Shown: positions 1-13,308, numbered from the stretch's first letter. The stretch: DNA of 64,000 bases from Tubiluchus corallicola (GCA_030141605.1 JAQGDQ010000456.1:26672-90671), one strand, 5' to 3'. Notes: generated by a model from the sequence alone, not told the origin. A program made the numbers and translations.

Positions 1-424
1 ATAATGAACATGAAAACAAAGAAAAGAAATAGGTTGGACGTGGCACGCGTTGCTTTGAGCCTGACGAAACCCAGGTTTGAGAAACTGGCGTCCGAAAAAC
101 AGGCTCATCCGTCCCACTAACTGAGATTTTGTTGTTGTCATTCATTTCTTCTTGTTTTCGTTTGTTCGAGTAATAATTACTCGAACGAACCTGCTCACTC
201 AGTAATGAGCAGGTTCAGTAATTGTAATTCTTGTTTTGGCAACAATACAACAACAACACCTGGAAATTTATTTATGTCACGAGCAAACATAAATAATTTT
301 GCTTGCTTGTGGCATATACGTGTGTTTGCTTTTTGAGTTGGAGAAGTAGTACTAGGTGGGGGGTAATGGACACGACCGGGTTTCCCGATTTGGGTAACGG
401 TCCGAGAAAGTTTGGGAACCACTG
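1..424 (+). mobile_element. 3' part of a non-autonomous hAT (Buster/Charlie-type) element, truncated by the window start
   Basis: Appears identical to 1204-1627. Ends in TIR TTTGGGAACCACTG (411-424) followed by CTCCAAGG (425-432). Encodes ...KRNRLDVARVALSLTKPRFEKLASEKQAHPSH*. Confidence 0.9.
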
Positions 425-658
425 CTCCAAGGATTCTTCTTGACCGCATCATACAGGTCATCATTGGATATTCTGTCAGACCATTTAATCTTAGTGTATG
501 CTCAATCCAATGCAATCTTCTTACTTGTATTTGTTTACTTCAAGGATTCTACTTGACCACATCATACAGATCATCATTGGATATTCTGTCAGGCCATTTA
601 ATCTTAGTGTCTGCTCAATCCAATGCTATCTTCTTACTTGTATTTGTTTACTCCAAGG
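425..658. repeat. Two units of the 113-bp satellite plus the 8-bp target duplication, between two hAT copies
   Basis: Same unit as 1628-3722; 234 bp = 2x113 + 8. Confidence 0.9.
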
Positions 659-1627
659 CAGTGGTTCCCAAAGTAGGGGTAAATTACCCCCCGGGGGTAA
701 TATGGTTTTTTTGGGGGGGTAACGGGCACCCGAAAATTTTTAAAACTTCGCTCGGAATGCATTTTACGTAGTTTTCTTCTTGAAGAGACTGCCTCCGGCA
801 GGCAACACTGTGTCATGGGGTCCCTCATTTGGATCAATTCATCGAAACTAACGAGCAAGGTGAAGAACTGCTGGAACATGTAAAGCTGGAAATAGTTGAA
901 CACCTCAACGAGCTCGTCCAAAACTTGGAACGGTAATTCCCGGACCTGGAAACAAGATCCTTACAGTGGTGCGTACAGCCCTTTTTGGCGGAGGATGGTC
1001 AAATTGAAGACGACGATTTCCCAGCTAAAGAAGAGTGGATTGAACTGAGGCTCAACGAGGAAAACAAAATGAAATTCCAGCAGCAGAACCTGGAAGAGTT
1101 CTGGATAGGAGAGATGGCCAGTTCACCAGTCCTTGCAGAACGGGCATTGAATATTCTCACGTGTTTTTCAACAACGTATCTGTGTGAACAAGGTTTTTCG
1201 TGCATAATGAACATGAAAACAAAGAAAAGAAATAGGTTGGACGTGGCACGCGTTGCTTTGAGCCTGACGAAACCCAGGTTTGAGAAACTGGCGTCCGAAA
1301 AACAGGCTCATCCGTCCCACTAACTGAGATTTTGTTGTTGTCATTCATTTCTTCTTGTTTTCGTTTGTTCGAGTAATAATTACTCGAACGAACCTGCTCA
1401 CTCAGTAATGAGCAGGTTCAGTAATTGTAATTCTTGTTTTGGCAACAATACAACAACAACACCTGGAAATTTATTTATGTCACGAGCAAACATAAATAAT
1501 TTTGCTTGCTTGTGGCATATACGTGTGTTTGCTTTTTGAGTTGGAGAAGTAGTACTAGGTGGGGGGTAATGGACACGACCGGGTTTCCCGATTTGGGTAA
1601 CGGTCCGAGAAAGTTTGGGAACCACTG
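659..1627 (+). mobile_element. 969-bp internally deleted hAT (Buster/Charlie-type) DNA transposon
   Basis: 14-bp TIRs CAGTGGTTCCCAAA (659-672) / TTTGGGAACCACTG (1614-1627); 8-bp TSD CTCCAAGG (651-658, 1628-1635); retains only the transposase C-terminus. Confidence 0.93.
860..1323 (+). pseudogene. hAT transposase C-terminal (dimerisation domain) remnant
   Basis: ORF 985-1323 has LEEFW...LAERALNILTCFSTTYLCEQGFS...KTKKRNRLDV...QAHPSH*, typical of Buster/ZBED8/FAM200-like transposases. Upstream in-frame stop (LER*FPDL near 934); no catalytic core. Confidence 0.85.
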
Positions 1628-3722
1628 CTCCAAGGATTCTTCTTGACCGCATCATACAGGTCATCATTGGATATTCTGTCAGACCATTTAATCTTAGTGT
1701 ATGCCCCATCCAATGCAATCTTCTTACTTGTATTTGTTTACTCCAAGGATTCTTCTTGACCACATCATACAGATCATCATTGGATATTCTGTCAGACCAT
1801 TTAATCTTAGTGTATGCTCAATCCAATGCAATCTTCTTATTTGTATTTGTTTACTCCAAGGATTCTACTTGACCACATCATACAGATCATCATTGGATAT
1901 TCTGTCAGACCATTTAATCTTAGTGTATGCCCAATCCAATGCAATCTTCTTACTTGTATTTGTTTACTTCAAGGATTCTACTTGACCACATCATACAGAT
2001 CATCATTGGATATTCTGTCAGACCATTTAATCTTAGTGCATGCTCAATCCAATGCAATCTTCTTACTTGTATTTGTTTACTTCAAGGATTCTATTTGACC
2101 ACATCATACAGATCATCATTGGATATTCTGTCAGACCATTTAATCTTAGTGTATGCTCAATCCAATGCAATCTTCTTACTTGTATTTGTTTACTTCAAGG
2201 ATTCTACTTGACCACATCATACAGATCATCATTGGATATTCTGTCAGACCATTTAATCTTAGTGTATGCCCAATCCAATGCAATCTTCTTACTTGTATTT
2301 GTTTACTCCAAGGATTCTTCTTCACCACATCATACAGATCATCATTGGATATTCTGTCAGACCATTTAATCTTAGTGTATGCTCAATCCAATGCAATCTT
2401 CTTACTTGTATTTGTTTACTTCAGGGATTCTTCTTGACCACTTCATACAGATCATCATTGGATATTCTGTCAGACCATTTAATCTTAGTGCATGCCCAAT
2501 CCAATGCAATCTTCTTACTTGTATTTGTTTACTTCAAGGATTCTACTTGACCACATCATACAGGTCATCATTGGATATTCTGTCAGACCATTTAATCTTA
2601 GTGCATGCCCAATCCAATGCAATCTTCTTACTTGTATTTGTTTACTTCAGGGATTCTTCTTGACCACATCATACAGGTCATCATTGGATATTCTGTCAGA
2701 CCATTTAATCTTAGTGTATGCCCAATCCAATGCAATCTTCTTACTTGTATTTGTTTACTTCAAGGATTCTACTTGACCACATCATACAGATCATCATTGG
2801 ATATTCTGTCAGACCATTTAATCTTAGTGCATGCCCAATCCAATGCAATCTTCTTACTTGTATTTGTTTACTTCAGGGATTCTTCTTGACCACTTCATAC
2901 AGATCATCATTGGATATTCTGTCAGACCATTTAATCTTAGTGCATGCTCAATCCAATGCAATCTTCTTACTTGTATTTGTTTACTTCAAGGATTCTTCTT
3001 GACCACATCATACAGATCATCATTGGATATTCTGTCAGACCATTTAATCTTAGTGCATGCCCAATCCAATGCAATCTTCTTACTTGTATTTGTTTACTCC
3101 AAGGATTCTTCTTGACCACATCATACAGGTCATCATTGGATATTCTGTCAGACCATTTAATCTTAGTGCATGCCCAATCCAATGCAATCTTCTTACTTGT
3201 ATTTGTTTACTCCAAGGATTCTTCTTGACCACATCATACAGATCATCATTGGATATTCTGTCAGACCATTTAATCTTAGTGTATGCTCAATCCAATGCAA
3301 TCTTCTTACTTGTATTTGTTTACTTCAAGGATTCTTCTTGACCACATCATACAGGTCATCATTGGATATTCTGTCAGACCATTTAATCTTAGTTTATGCT
3401 CAATCCAATGCAATCTTCTTACTTGTATTTGTTTACTTCAAGGATTCTACTTGACCACATCATACAGATCATCATTGGATATTCTGTCAGACCATTTAAT
3501 CTTAGTGCATGCCCAATCTAATGCAATCTTCTTACTTGTATTTGTTTACTTCAGGGATTCTTCTTGACCACATCATACAGGTCATCATTGGGTATTCTGT
3601 CAGACCATTTAATCTTAGTGTATGCTCAATCCAATGCAATCTTCTTACTTGTATTTGTTTACTTCAGGGATTCTACTTGACCACATCATACAGGTCATCA
3701 TTGGATATTCTGTCAGACCACT
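1628..3722. repeat. 113-bp satellite, ~18.5 copies, derived from a LINE ORF2 3' segment (minus strand)
   Basis: Exact 113-bp period (ORF starts 1701, 1814, 1927...). Minus strand reads KIKWSDRISNDDLYDVVKKNPWSKQIQVRRLHWIGHALRL. Confidence 0.92.
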
Positions 3723-3859
3723 TAATTCCTCGTAATTTCGAATCAGTGAATCAAAACCTAATATGCTCAAAAGGACAAGAAAAGGGGATACATGAAGTAG
3801 GTTTCTCGGAAGGTCGCCTTAAAAATTCACATCAGTTTACAGCAATTTTATGTGTATAT

Positions 3860-4412
3860 CGTGCTCGCGTTGAAAGGAATTTTTGTTTGTTTTCATTTTA
3901 AATCTCTTCATTTTAAAGCCATTACATGACGTCATTAGGCAAACGTAAATCAGGGGAAGAAAACAAACAAAAAGGAAATGTTAAACTATGTCCTAAAAAA
4001 CTTTCCATGCAAAGTTATATTACTTAGCATTTCGCTTACCTGCTTGAAAGATATATGTAACTAGAAAAGAAAATTATTAATTATTTAAAATGTTTTCGCT
4101 AATTGGTAAAATGTCGCTGACTCGTCCGCCAGGGTGCACCACTCACTAACCAAAAACGTATTTTTAATTTTATTGATAAGATACAGTAATTTAAAATTTT
4201 ACTTAGTTAGTGACCCGTGCGCTACGAATGCTCTGATTATTTTTTCGAACTTTACAGAATGTTATCTAAACGTGTTTGAAATAACTTATCGTCAAAATGG
4301 TTGCGTCTACGTTTTATGTTTTATTGCGTCTGTGTTTTATACAGCGTTACTGCCGACGCAAGGACTGCGTGCAAAAAAGGTAGCATGGAAGTGGAGGGTT
4401 TTCTTGTGCTTC
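3860..4412 (+). mobile_element. Interspersed repeat family B (TTAA-ended, Kolobok-like non-autonomous)
   Basis: Shares blocks (GCTACGAATGCTCTGATT, ACAGCGTTACTG, terminal GTGGAGGGTTTTCTTGTGCTT) with ~7020-7337, 20670-21137, 26005-26570 (-), 31985-32217 and 35821-36055 (-). Confidence 0.6.
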
Positions 4413-4832
4413 AAGATACAATCCGAGTAAACCGCCTCAAGTTAAATAAGCTATTATCTTTGTTAAGTTCGAGTGGTTCACTCTGAATGAACATTAAGAC
4501 ATGAAAGTTCATTTTTTACTAAACTAAGACGGTTCAGACTTTTTTACAAATAGCAGAAAAGCAGGTCATTTGCCTCCATTTGCTTGCTAATGATCAATTA
4601 ACTGTGTGGGCGTGATGTTTTATTCACTAACTTACTAATTCTGAGTGAATGGCTGATAATAGAGTATGTGTAAACAGACAAAACAGCACGTCTTCCAGTA
4701 GGCGTGTAACGGCTTCCTTTTCAAAAGTCATCACGTGACGTCGCCAAACCGAAGCGACATCTGAAGCTTGTTTATTGCGAATTTATTTACACAGCCTAAT
4801 AATAAAGGGCAAAGTTTTAATGTTTGACGCAA

Positions 4833-5885
4833 GTAAGGTGCAATATGTTCGTGATATTTGATCTATGTAAGGTGCAATATCTTTTAAATTTGACCTTAGC
4901 AAGGTGCAATAACATTTTAACATTTCATCTATGTAAGGTTCAATATCTTCGTGATATTTGATCTATGTAAGGTGCAATAGCTTTTAAATTTGACCCTAGC
5001 AAGGTGCAATAACATTTTAATATTTCACCTATGTAAGGTGCAATATGTTCGTGATATTTGATCTATGTAAGGTGCAATAGCTTTTAAATTTGACCCTAGC
5101 AAGGTGCAATAACATTTTAATATTTCACCTATGTAAGGTGTAATATGTTCGTGATATTTGATCTATGTAAGGTGCAATAGCTTTTAAATTTGACCGTAGC
5201 AAGGTGCAATAACATTTTAATATTTCACCTATGTAAGGTGTAATATGTTCGTGATATTTGATAAATGTAAGGTGCAATAGCTTTTAAATTTGACCCTAGC
5301 AAGGTGCAATAACATTTTAATATTTCACCTATGTAAGGTGTAATATGTTCGTGATATTTGATCTATGTAAGGTGCAATAGCTTTTAAATTTGACCGTAGC
5401 AAGGTGCAATAACATTTTAATATTTCACCTATGTAAGGTGCAATATGTTCGTGATATTTGATCTATGTAAGGTGCAATAGCTTTTAAATTTGACCCTAGC
5501 AAGGTGCAATAACATTTTAATATTTCACCTATGTAAGGTGCAATATGTGCGTGATATTTGATCTATGTAAGGTGCAATAGCTTTTTAATTTGACCCTAGC
5601 AAGGTGTAATAACATTTTAATATTTCACCTATGTAAGGTTCAATATCTTCATGACAGTAAGGTGCAACAATTTCATAATTTGACCTGTGTAAGATGCAAT
5701 AACGTTTTAGTATTTGACCTGTGTAAGATGCAATAGCTTTTTAGTATTTGGCCTGTGTAAGATGAAATAACTTTTTAGTATTTGACCTGTGTAAGATGCA
5801 ATAACTTTTTAGTATTTGACCTGTGTAAGATGCAATAACTTTTTAGTACTTGACCTTTGTAAGATGCAATAACTTTTTAGTATTT
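4833..5885. repeat. 100-bp tandem repeat (~8 copies, three ~33-bp subunits) grading into ~33-bp monomers
   Basis: CAATATGTTCGTGATATTTG recurs at 4841, 4941, 5041...; AAGGTGCAATA three times per unit; monomer TATTTGACCTGTGTAAGATGCAATAACTTTTTAG at 5680-5885. Confidence 0.9.
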
Positions 5886-8330
5886 CAGCTAATGACAAGA
5901 TTAAATAGCTTTTTTAATATGTAAGTGATGTCACAATGCAGTTCACATTATGAAAAGTTTCCTTTAAACAATTTCTGTTTAGTAACTCACACATTGAAGC
6001 TCTAAATTTATTCTTTTATTACGTATATATCATTGTAAGGCTTTTACATCTTATCGAGTGAAAAAGCGTTAACATTTCTAAATGCAGAGAAATGCACTGG
6101 TCACACTGAAATGATTGATCTGTAGGAAGGTACAATGTAGTCGCTTTTCAATAAGGCAAACTACACTTGTTTAATAGAAATAAACGTGGGATTCTAGATG
6201 CTCTCGTTTATCTTTGCAATAGACAGTCCGCTTTATTCGTATTTTTAAAAGAAGTCTGTCCGCTTTATTCGTATTTTTAAAAAGAAGTCTATCAAAGCTT
6301 TGATGTTAGGCAGACCTCGTAGTTACGTGCCTATTTACGTGCACACCTAGATTTTTGCTTCAAAAGAAAGATTTCAGCACTTCAATCTACAGCTAGCTTA
6401 CGTGTGAACGCGCCCCGCGTATGAACGCGCCCTTATCTAAAACATCCATCAGGGCGCTTTTCAGTCTGTCTACCGTGGCACACAATTATGCTTCGAACAC
6501 TTTAATCTATTATAAATAATAAAGCTCCCGTGAGAGATGGATGCTGAATTAGCACGGTGGAAATGAGCCCCGGCGCTTGGAAATGACTGTATATCAATAA
6601 TTCACCAATTCTGTACACCAATGATGTACATTATAAGCGACAGTCAACATTATATTACTAACCTAGAGGCAGAGATGATATTTAAACAAGAGAACGTTCT
6701 GATGAAAGCGACGTAGACGGATCGGCGTAATCGTCAACAATAACTCACCTGGGAGACGCAGCTTGTTAATTTCGTGCTCTTTTTTTTATAAAAATCGTCC
6801 AAGCAAGGCAACGAACCCATCATTTTTGCAGACAACCCTTTACGGTTCTTCTTGCTATTGTGTAGAGAATATTCAAATAGTTTGTGAAATAGAGTTCTGC
6901 CATTATTTAGTTTTTTCGATTTTTTTAAGAGATCTGCCAGGCGAGTCGAAGATAAACAACGCTAGACCTGGTCACGTGAGTGGATTGGTGACTTTCATAA
7001 AAACTCTTATAGGGCAATTTGTTAACGTATTTTTAATATTATTGATAAGATACTGTAATTTAAAATTTTATTTAGTTAGTGACGTGTGCGCTACGAATGC
7101 TCTTGGTTGTTTTTTCAAACTTTACTCGGTCTTATCTAAACTTGTTTCAAACGACCTACCATTAAAACTTGGCTGCACCCAATGGTCATCGCGGGAGTTT
7201 AAATTTACACGTTTTATACAGCGTTACTGCCAACGCAAGCCCTGTATGCAAAAAGGCAGCATGCATGTAAATGGCATGAAATTTCAAGACGAATTTTTTT
7301 AGCTTAATGTAAGTGGAGGGGTTTTCTTGTGCTTTAATGATGTAACACGATTTACAATTCTTTCTAATCGGAATTCCTACTCCAAATGACGCACCGTCAT
7401 TGTTGAATATTGTAGTGGAAGCAGACATGTGTAAATTTAATGTTAAACCAGAGTGTCTGTAAGCTTTTTGCAAAACTGAACGTTATGGATATTTTCATTT
7501 TCCAAGCAGAAATTAGGAGAAATTTTTAGAAAAATGAATTATGAGCTTACTTTTGCATTCTTTAAAACTCATGATTTTACAAATTTTATTCTCGTGCATT
7601 TTAAGCATTTTTTAATATTCAATATTCAATTTGGAAATGTTAATATACAATTATTTGCTTTGAAAATAAATAGTTTTTGCCTTGAAAGTGTAAAATTCAT
7701 TTGCTCCAGGAGAGCAACTCACCCCCTCCCCCCCGAGCTCCCGCCTCGTACACCAGTGGGAGTCACAAACTAATTTATGCATGCTGGTGTGACTTACAAT
7801 GCCAATAGATTACGCTTGCTTTTTATTTTATCTATACGCTAACCAGCGATGAAATTCAGCCTGCTTAGTGCGCATGCTCCGTGAAGCCATACGCAACGTA
7901 TCGATGTTATCATCAGCCTCACATTAGCAGAGTATGTGTTGACGCGGTAATGAGTCTCTAGTAATGACGATGGATTAATTACTCGTTTGTACGTTTATAT
8001 CCGGATTTGCTCGGTTTACACGTGTTTTTCGTGAAATCCGTCACCGTGTAACTGCAAATGTGTCAAATGTGACAAAACTGATTTCTGAATGAGTTACGCT
8101 TGACTGGAAAAAATTCTTGTAATAAAACTTCACTAATTAAACTGCAGGGAGTGATTGTCGCTGGTTTGTTTGAAGTTCAGACACTTAGATGTAGATTTTA
8201 GAATAGTTTTCCAGCTTTATATTCAATTTGTGTCGACTTAAAAGATTCCCCCTATTGTGTTTCTGGTTCCTTACTTCTGGCGTGAAAAAACTTCGCTTGT
8301 TTGAGGGTTAAATGAAAGTTCTGCATCAAT

Positions 8331-8813
8331 ATGTCGTTGTCCAGTTGTCTTGCCATCTTAGCCTTCGTCCTGCAGTGTGGTCACTCGTATAGAAGATCTG
8401 TCCCGTCTGACCTGCAGTTTGGCTCGCACGGTGTCAACCTTCGCATCGAAGGCAAATCTGGCAAGATCCTAGTGGGACGGACGCCAAATCTGGCATCCAG
8501 CGAGGACACCATGTCAATGGAACTCATAGAAGTGCAAGAATTCGATGACAGTAATAATGAGATCGGTCGCTACACGTATCCACAACACTTTTTCAATCAG
8601 TTCCACAATCTTCCGTTCGAATTCTCAGACATCGTTCCGACGACTTACGATCGCTTGTCGTGCGTCAGTGTGAACGCTACGACGAGTTTTTCGAACTTAG
8701 GAAACCAGGTTCAAGTGAAACTGATGCTTTACGTGTTTGGAGAAGCTGGAACGCTTAGCAACGAGAACGAGGAACTGGAGATTAAACCGGGAACGGTAAA
8801 AATTAACATACAG
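8331..8813 (+). CDS. Exon 1 of a secreted SAARP/CARP4-like (skeletal organic matrix family) protein
   Basis: ATG with signal-peptide-like MSLSSCLAILAFVLQCGHS; 161 codons; motifs GKSGKILV, LMLYVFGEAGTLS, PGTVKINIQ match the remembered coral SAARP pattern; donor CAG|GTAGGT, phase 0. Confidence 0.85.
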
Positions 8814-9112
8814 GTAGGTAATTTACCTGAATGATTTAGCAACAGAATTAATTAAGCTTTGCAGAAAGCATTTATCATAAAACAGGATAAAACGGGATAC
8901 TTCACAGGATAACAAGAATTAGAGCGTGACGTAATCTTGCACTATCCTAATCGATTATGCTTTCGTTTTTGTTTACATCGTTTGTATATTTTTACGTTTT
9001 TAAAAGTTTGTTTTTTATATTTGCGTGGAATAACAACATAAAAACTATTTTTACAATGTGTTGAATGTCTTTATGTTTGTATATTTTATATTTTACATGT
9101 ATAAACAGAAGG

Positions 9113-9595
9113 TTAAAGCAAAAACGGACCGAATCTTAAACTGAAGGTCAAAATAATCTACTCCTTAAAATGCTAACAGAAAACATACTATTTTTTCAAA
9201 AGTGACTTACGTGAAAGAATTATTACCAAACAAACGCAGTTTCGCGTTCGCGCCACTAGTTCTTCGCTGTTACATGCATTTCGCCATTCGCTACTTAGAT
9301 GGGCACTAGGGCCTGCATTTCGGAAACGTATTGTACAATGTGCATCTCAGTTCAAAGATGCTAAACACTTGCCTAGTTTTAATACAACACACTGCATCTC
9401 TTACAGTAGCACTGTACTTCAATTTTTGCTTTCACAAACACGCGCAACTCGTTCGTGGAATATTTTTGATGATGAAAATTATGTTAGTTTGTGATGTCAT
9501 CAACAGTTGGGCTCGCCCGCCGTTCATAAAGGTTTTAATCTATTATTTAAATATCAGAAACGGTTTTGCAGTATTAATTGTTTGGAAATGTTTCT
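9113..9595 (+). mobile_element. Interspersed repeat family A (TTAA-AGGAAAACCGGA TIR, Kolobok-like non-autonomous), partial
   Basis: Begins TTAAAGCAAAAACGGA; shares GTTCGCGCCACTAGTTCTTCGCTGTTACATGC and other blocks with copies at 16447, 20037, 29431, 31388 and 36065. Confidence 0.75.
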
Positions 9596-9997
9596 GAGAG
9601 ACGTGTGAACGGTATAGCTTTGTCTGTAGTCAGAGCTACGACAAGATAGAAAGTAAATAGTACTCCTTTGTTTGTCGAGAACGTCTGGTTTAATTTCCCT
9701 TCACACTACTTTCGCCTGTAACTACCGAAGAAAATGTAAAATTATGAACTTTGTCGGAAACACATTTCCGTAGTAAGCAAATTAATATTTGCTCTGTATG
9801 AATAACTGTACGAAGTACTTAAAGAAAGAGTTCATAATCACTTCTGTAGTTTATTGTGCAAGTATGTATATAGGAAACTTGTCTTATCGCATCATTAACA
9901 GTGTAACTGTTTAATGAATAGACCTGGTATAAAGTTCGAGACAGGAAATAACTCGCTGGGAAAGACGCGACGGTCGTGAAAGTTGACCGAGCAGCTC

Positions 9998-10710
9998 TTT
10001 CCCCACGTTTAGAGGCAAAACTATCTCTAAACTTAATATGTACTAACTGTAGTTAAAGGGAAGTAAAGTTTCCCCCGCGTTTAGTGGCAAAGCTATCTCT
10101 AAACTTAATATGTACTAACTGTAGTTAAAGGGAAGTAAAGTTTTCCCCACGTTTAGAGGCAAAGCTATCTCTAAACTTAATATGTACTAACTGTAGTTAA
10201 AGGGAAGTTAGTTTCCCCCACGTTTAGAGGTAAAGCTATCTCTAAACTTAATATGTACTAACTGTAGTTAAAGGGAAGTTAGTTTTCCCCGCGTTTAGGG
10301 CAAGCTTCTCTAAATTATGTTGTGTTGGGGTGTTTGTTTAGAGGCAAAGCTATCTCTAAACTTAATATGTACTAACTGTAGTTGGGTTTCCCCACGTTTA
10401 GAGGAAAGCTATCTCTAAACTTAATATGTACTAACTGTAGTTAAAGGGAAGTAGTTTTCCCCGCATTTAGAGGCAATGCTATCTCTAAACTTAATATGTA
10501 CTAACTGTAGTTAAAGGGAAGTAAAGTTTCCCCCGCGTTTAGAGGCAAAGCTATCTCTAAACTTAATATGTACTAACTGTAGTTGAAGGGAAGTAAAGTT
10601 TCCCCACGTTTAGAGGCAATGCTATCTCTAAACTTAATATGTACTAACTGTAGTTGAAGGGAAGTAAAGTTTCCCCCGCGTTTAGTGGCAAAGCTCTCTC
10701 TAAACTTAAC
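9998..10710. repeat. ~72-bp tandem repeat, ~10 copies, with internal hairpin GTTTAGAG..CTCTAAAC
   Basis: CTATCTCTAAACTTAATATGTACTAACTGTAG at 10021, 10093, ...; irregular units around 10290-10420. Confidence 0.9.
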
Positions 10711-11480
10711 AAAGACACTGTAGGTGTCAGGATAGAAATTCCCATGATTAAATATTGAATTGTAATATGTTGTGACGTCTACTAACCCTTACATATTTTC
10801 ATTTACATATTGTATGTTATGAAGTGATAATGTAAATAAGTACATCATGATGCTTTAACTCATTTGTTTATTGTTTTCATTTACAAAAGTGTACAGGTGA
10901 CACGCAATGGACGTCTAACACTAATAATACTTTTCGAGAACAAACTTTAGAAAAAAACATTCAGTCTAATGCATAAACGAAAAATAAAGACAAATCTTAT
11001 CGTCGTTCTAGACAAAGTTTGGTTGCTCAGATGAATTAGGCAAAGATGTATGTTTGTCAAGAATCGTAGCTTACATTTGTGAAAAAGTTCATGTCAAAAT
11101 TAAATTGACAATCGCCCTTTACTCATCCTTCCTCCTGTATCCCTTCACTAACGAGATGAATTTTTGTACGAGATATTTTATTGTAATTAGCATAATGAGT
11201 AAGCGATGAAAGAGCTTTTGATAGATTCAAATTTCATCTCGTCTCTAAAGGTAAAATGGCTAATTGATCACACGGATGTTGACAGATTCAAATTTGATTA
11301 AAGATAAAGGTAAAATGACTAATCGATGACACAGCTGAGATCTCGATTCAACATGATCATTGCATTGCGTAATACAGGAGCTTGTGTAAACACTGTGTCT
11401 TGTCATTCCGCTAGGAGAACACGTAAAAGCTTTTGAGGTTCAATCCAACGTGAAGGTTACAGCCATTTGTTGAAGTGATC

Positions 11481-12057
11481 GAAATGTTTTTGTATAGAGA
11501 TAAAGACAACAGACTGTTATTCTGATCACAGTTTAACTACATTGAACTGTTTTTGTATAGAGATAAAGACAACAGCCTGTTATTCTGATCACAGTTTAAC
11601 TACATTGAAATGTTTTTGTATAGAGATAAAGACAACAGCCTGCTATTCTGATCACAGTTTAACTACATTGAAATGTTTTTGTATAGAGATAAAGACAACA
11701 GACTGTTATTCTGATCACAGTTTAACTACATTGAAATGTTTTTGTATAGAGATAAAGACAACAGACTGTTATTCTGATCACAGTTTAACTACATTGAAAT
11801 GTTTTTGTATAGAGATAAAGACAACAGCCTGTTATTCTGATCACAGTTTAACTACATTGAAATGTTTTTGTATAGAGATAAAGACAACAGCCTGCTATTC
11901 TGATCACAGTTTAACTACATTGAAATGTTTTTGTATAGAGATAAAGACAACAGCCTGTTATTCTGATCACAGTTTAACTACAATGAAATGTTTTTGTATA
12001 GAGATAAAGACAACAGACTGTTATTCTGATCACAGTTTAACTACATTGAAATGTTTG
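11481..12057. repeat. 63-bp tandem repeat, ~9 copies
   Basis: Unit GAAATGTTTTTGTATAGAGATAAAGACAACAG(A/C)CTGTTATTCTGATCACAGTTTAACTACATT; explains the 21-aa periodic ORF. Confidence 0.93.
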
Positions 12058-13078
12058 TGTTAGGGTGGCTTTTTTATTGTATTTATTACGTACTCATGGT
12101 ACAATGCAATGCAATATAACGTCGAAATGTTTGGTTTTGGACGGCTTTTTATTGTATTTATTACGTGTCATGGTACAGTACAATGCAATGCAACGTCTAA
12201 ATGTTTGATTTAGGACTGCTTTTTATTGTATTTATTGCGTGTCATGGTACAGTACAATGCAATGCAACGTCGAAATGTTTGCTTTAGGATGCCTTTTTAT
12301 TGTATTACGTGTCATGGTGCAGTACAATGCAATGCAACGTCGAAATGTTTGCTTTAGGGCGGCTTTTTATTGTATTTATTGCGTGTCATGGTACAGTACA
12401 ATGCAATGCAACGTCGAAATGTTTGCTTTAGGATGCCTTTTTATTGTATTACGTGTCATGGTGCAGTACAATGCAATGCAACGTCGAAATGTTTGCTTTA
12501 GGGCGGCTTTTTATTGTATTTATTGCGTGTCATGGTACAGTACAATGCAATGCAACGTCGAAATGTTTGCTTTAGGATGCCTTTTTATTGTATTACGTGT
12601 CATGGTGCAGTACAATACAATGCAACGTCGAAATGTTTGCTTTAGGATGCCTTTTTATTGTATTACGTGTCATGGTGCAGTACAATGCAATGCAACGTCG
12701 AAATGTTTGCTTTAGGGCGGCTTTTTATTGTATTTATTGCGTGTCATGGTACAGTACAATGCAATGCAACGTCGAAATGTTTGCTTTAGGATGCCTTTTT
12801 ATTGTATTACGTGTCATGGTGCAGTACAATACAATGCAACGTCGAAATGTTTGGGTTAGGACGGCTTTTTATTGCATTTAATACGTGTCATGGTACAGTA
12901 CAATTTTATGCAACGTCGAAATGTTTGGTTTAGAGTGACTTTTCTGTTACATTTATTACGTGTCATGGTACAGTACAATACAATGCAACGTCGAAATGTT
13001 TGGGTTAGAGTGACCTTTCTATTACATTCATTGTGAACTCGTGGTACAATACAATACAGTGCAATGTAACGTTGAAAC
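12048..13078. repeat. 70-74-bp tandem repeat (~14 monomers) with a 144-bp dimeric core
   Basis: GTCATGGT at 12241, 12311, 12385 (70+74); edge units diverged. Confidence 0.9.
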
Positions 13079-13143
13079 GTATAACTGTAGTGTATAATTT
13101 TTAGGCCCATTCATGGCGTATTTTATGGATTTGAGGCTAATAA

Positions 13144-13308
<165 letters not shown>

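Noticed and set aside
412-3901. Ladder of 94-aa ORFs
   Set aside because: Produced by the 113-bp period of the satellite; not genes.
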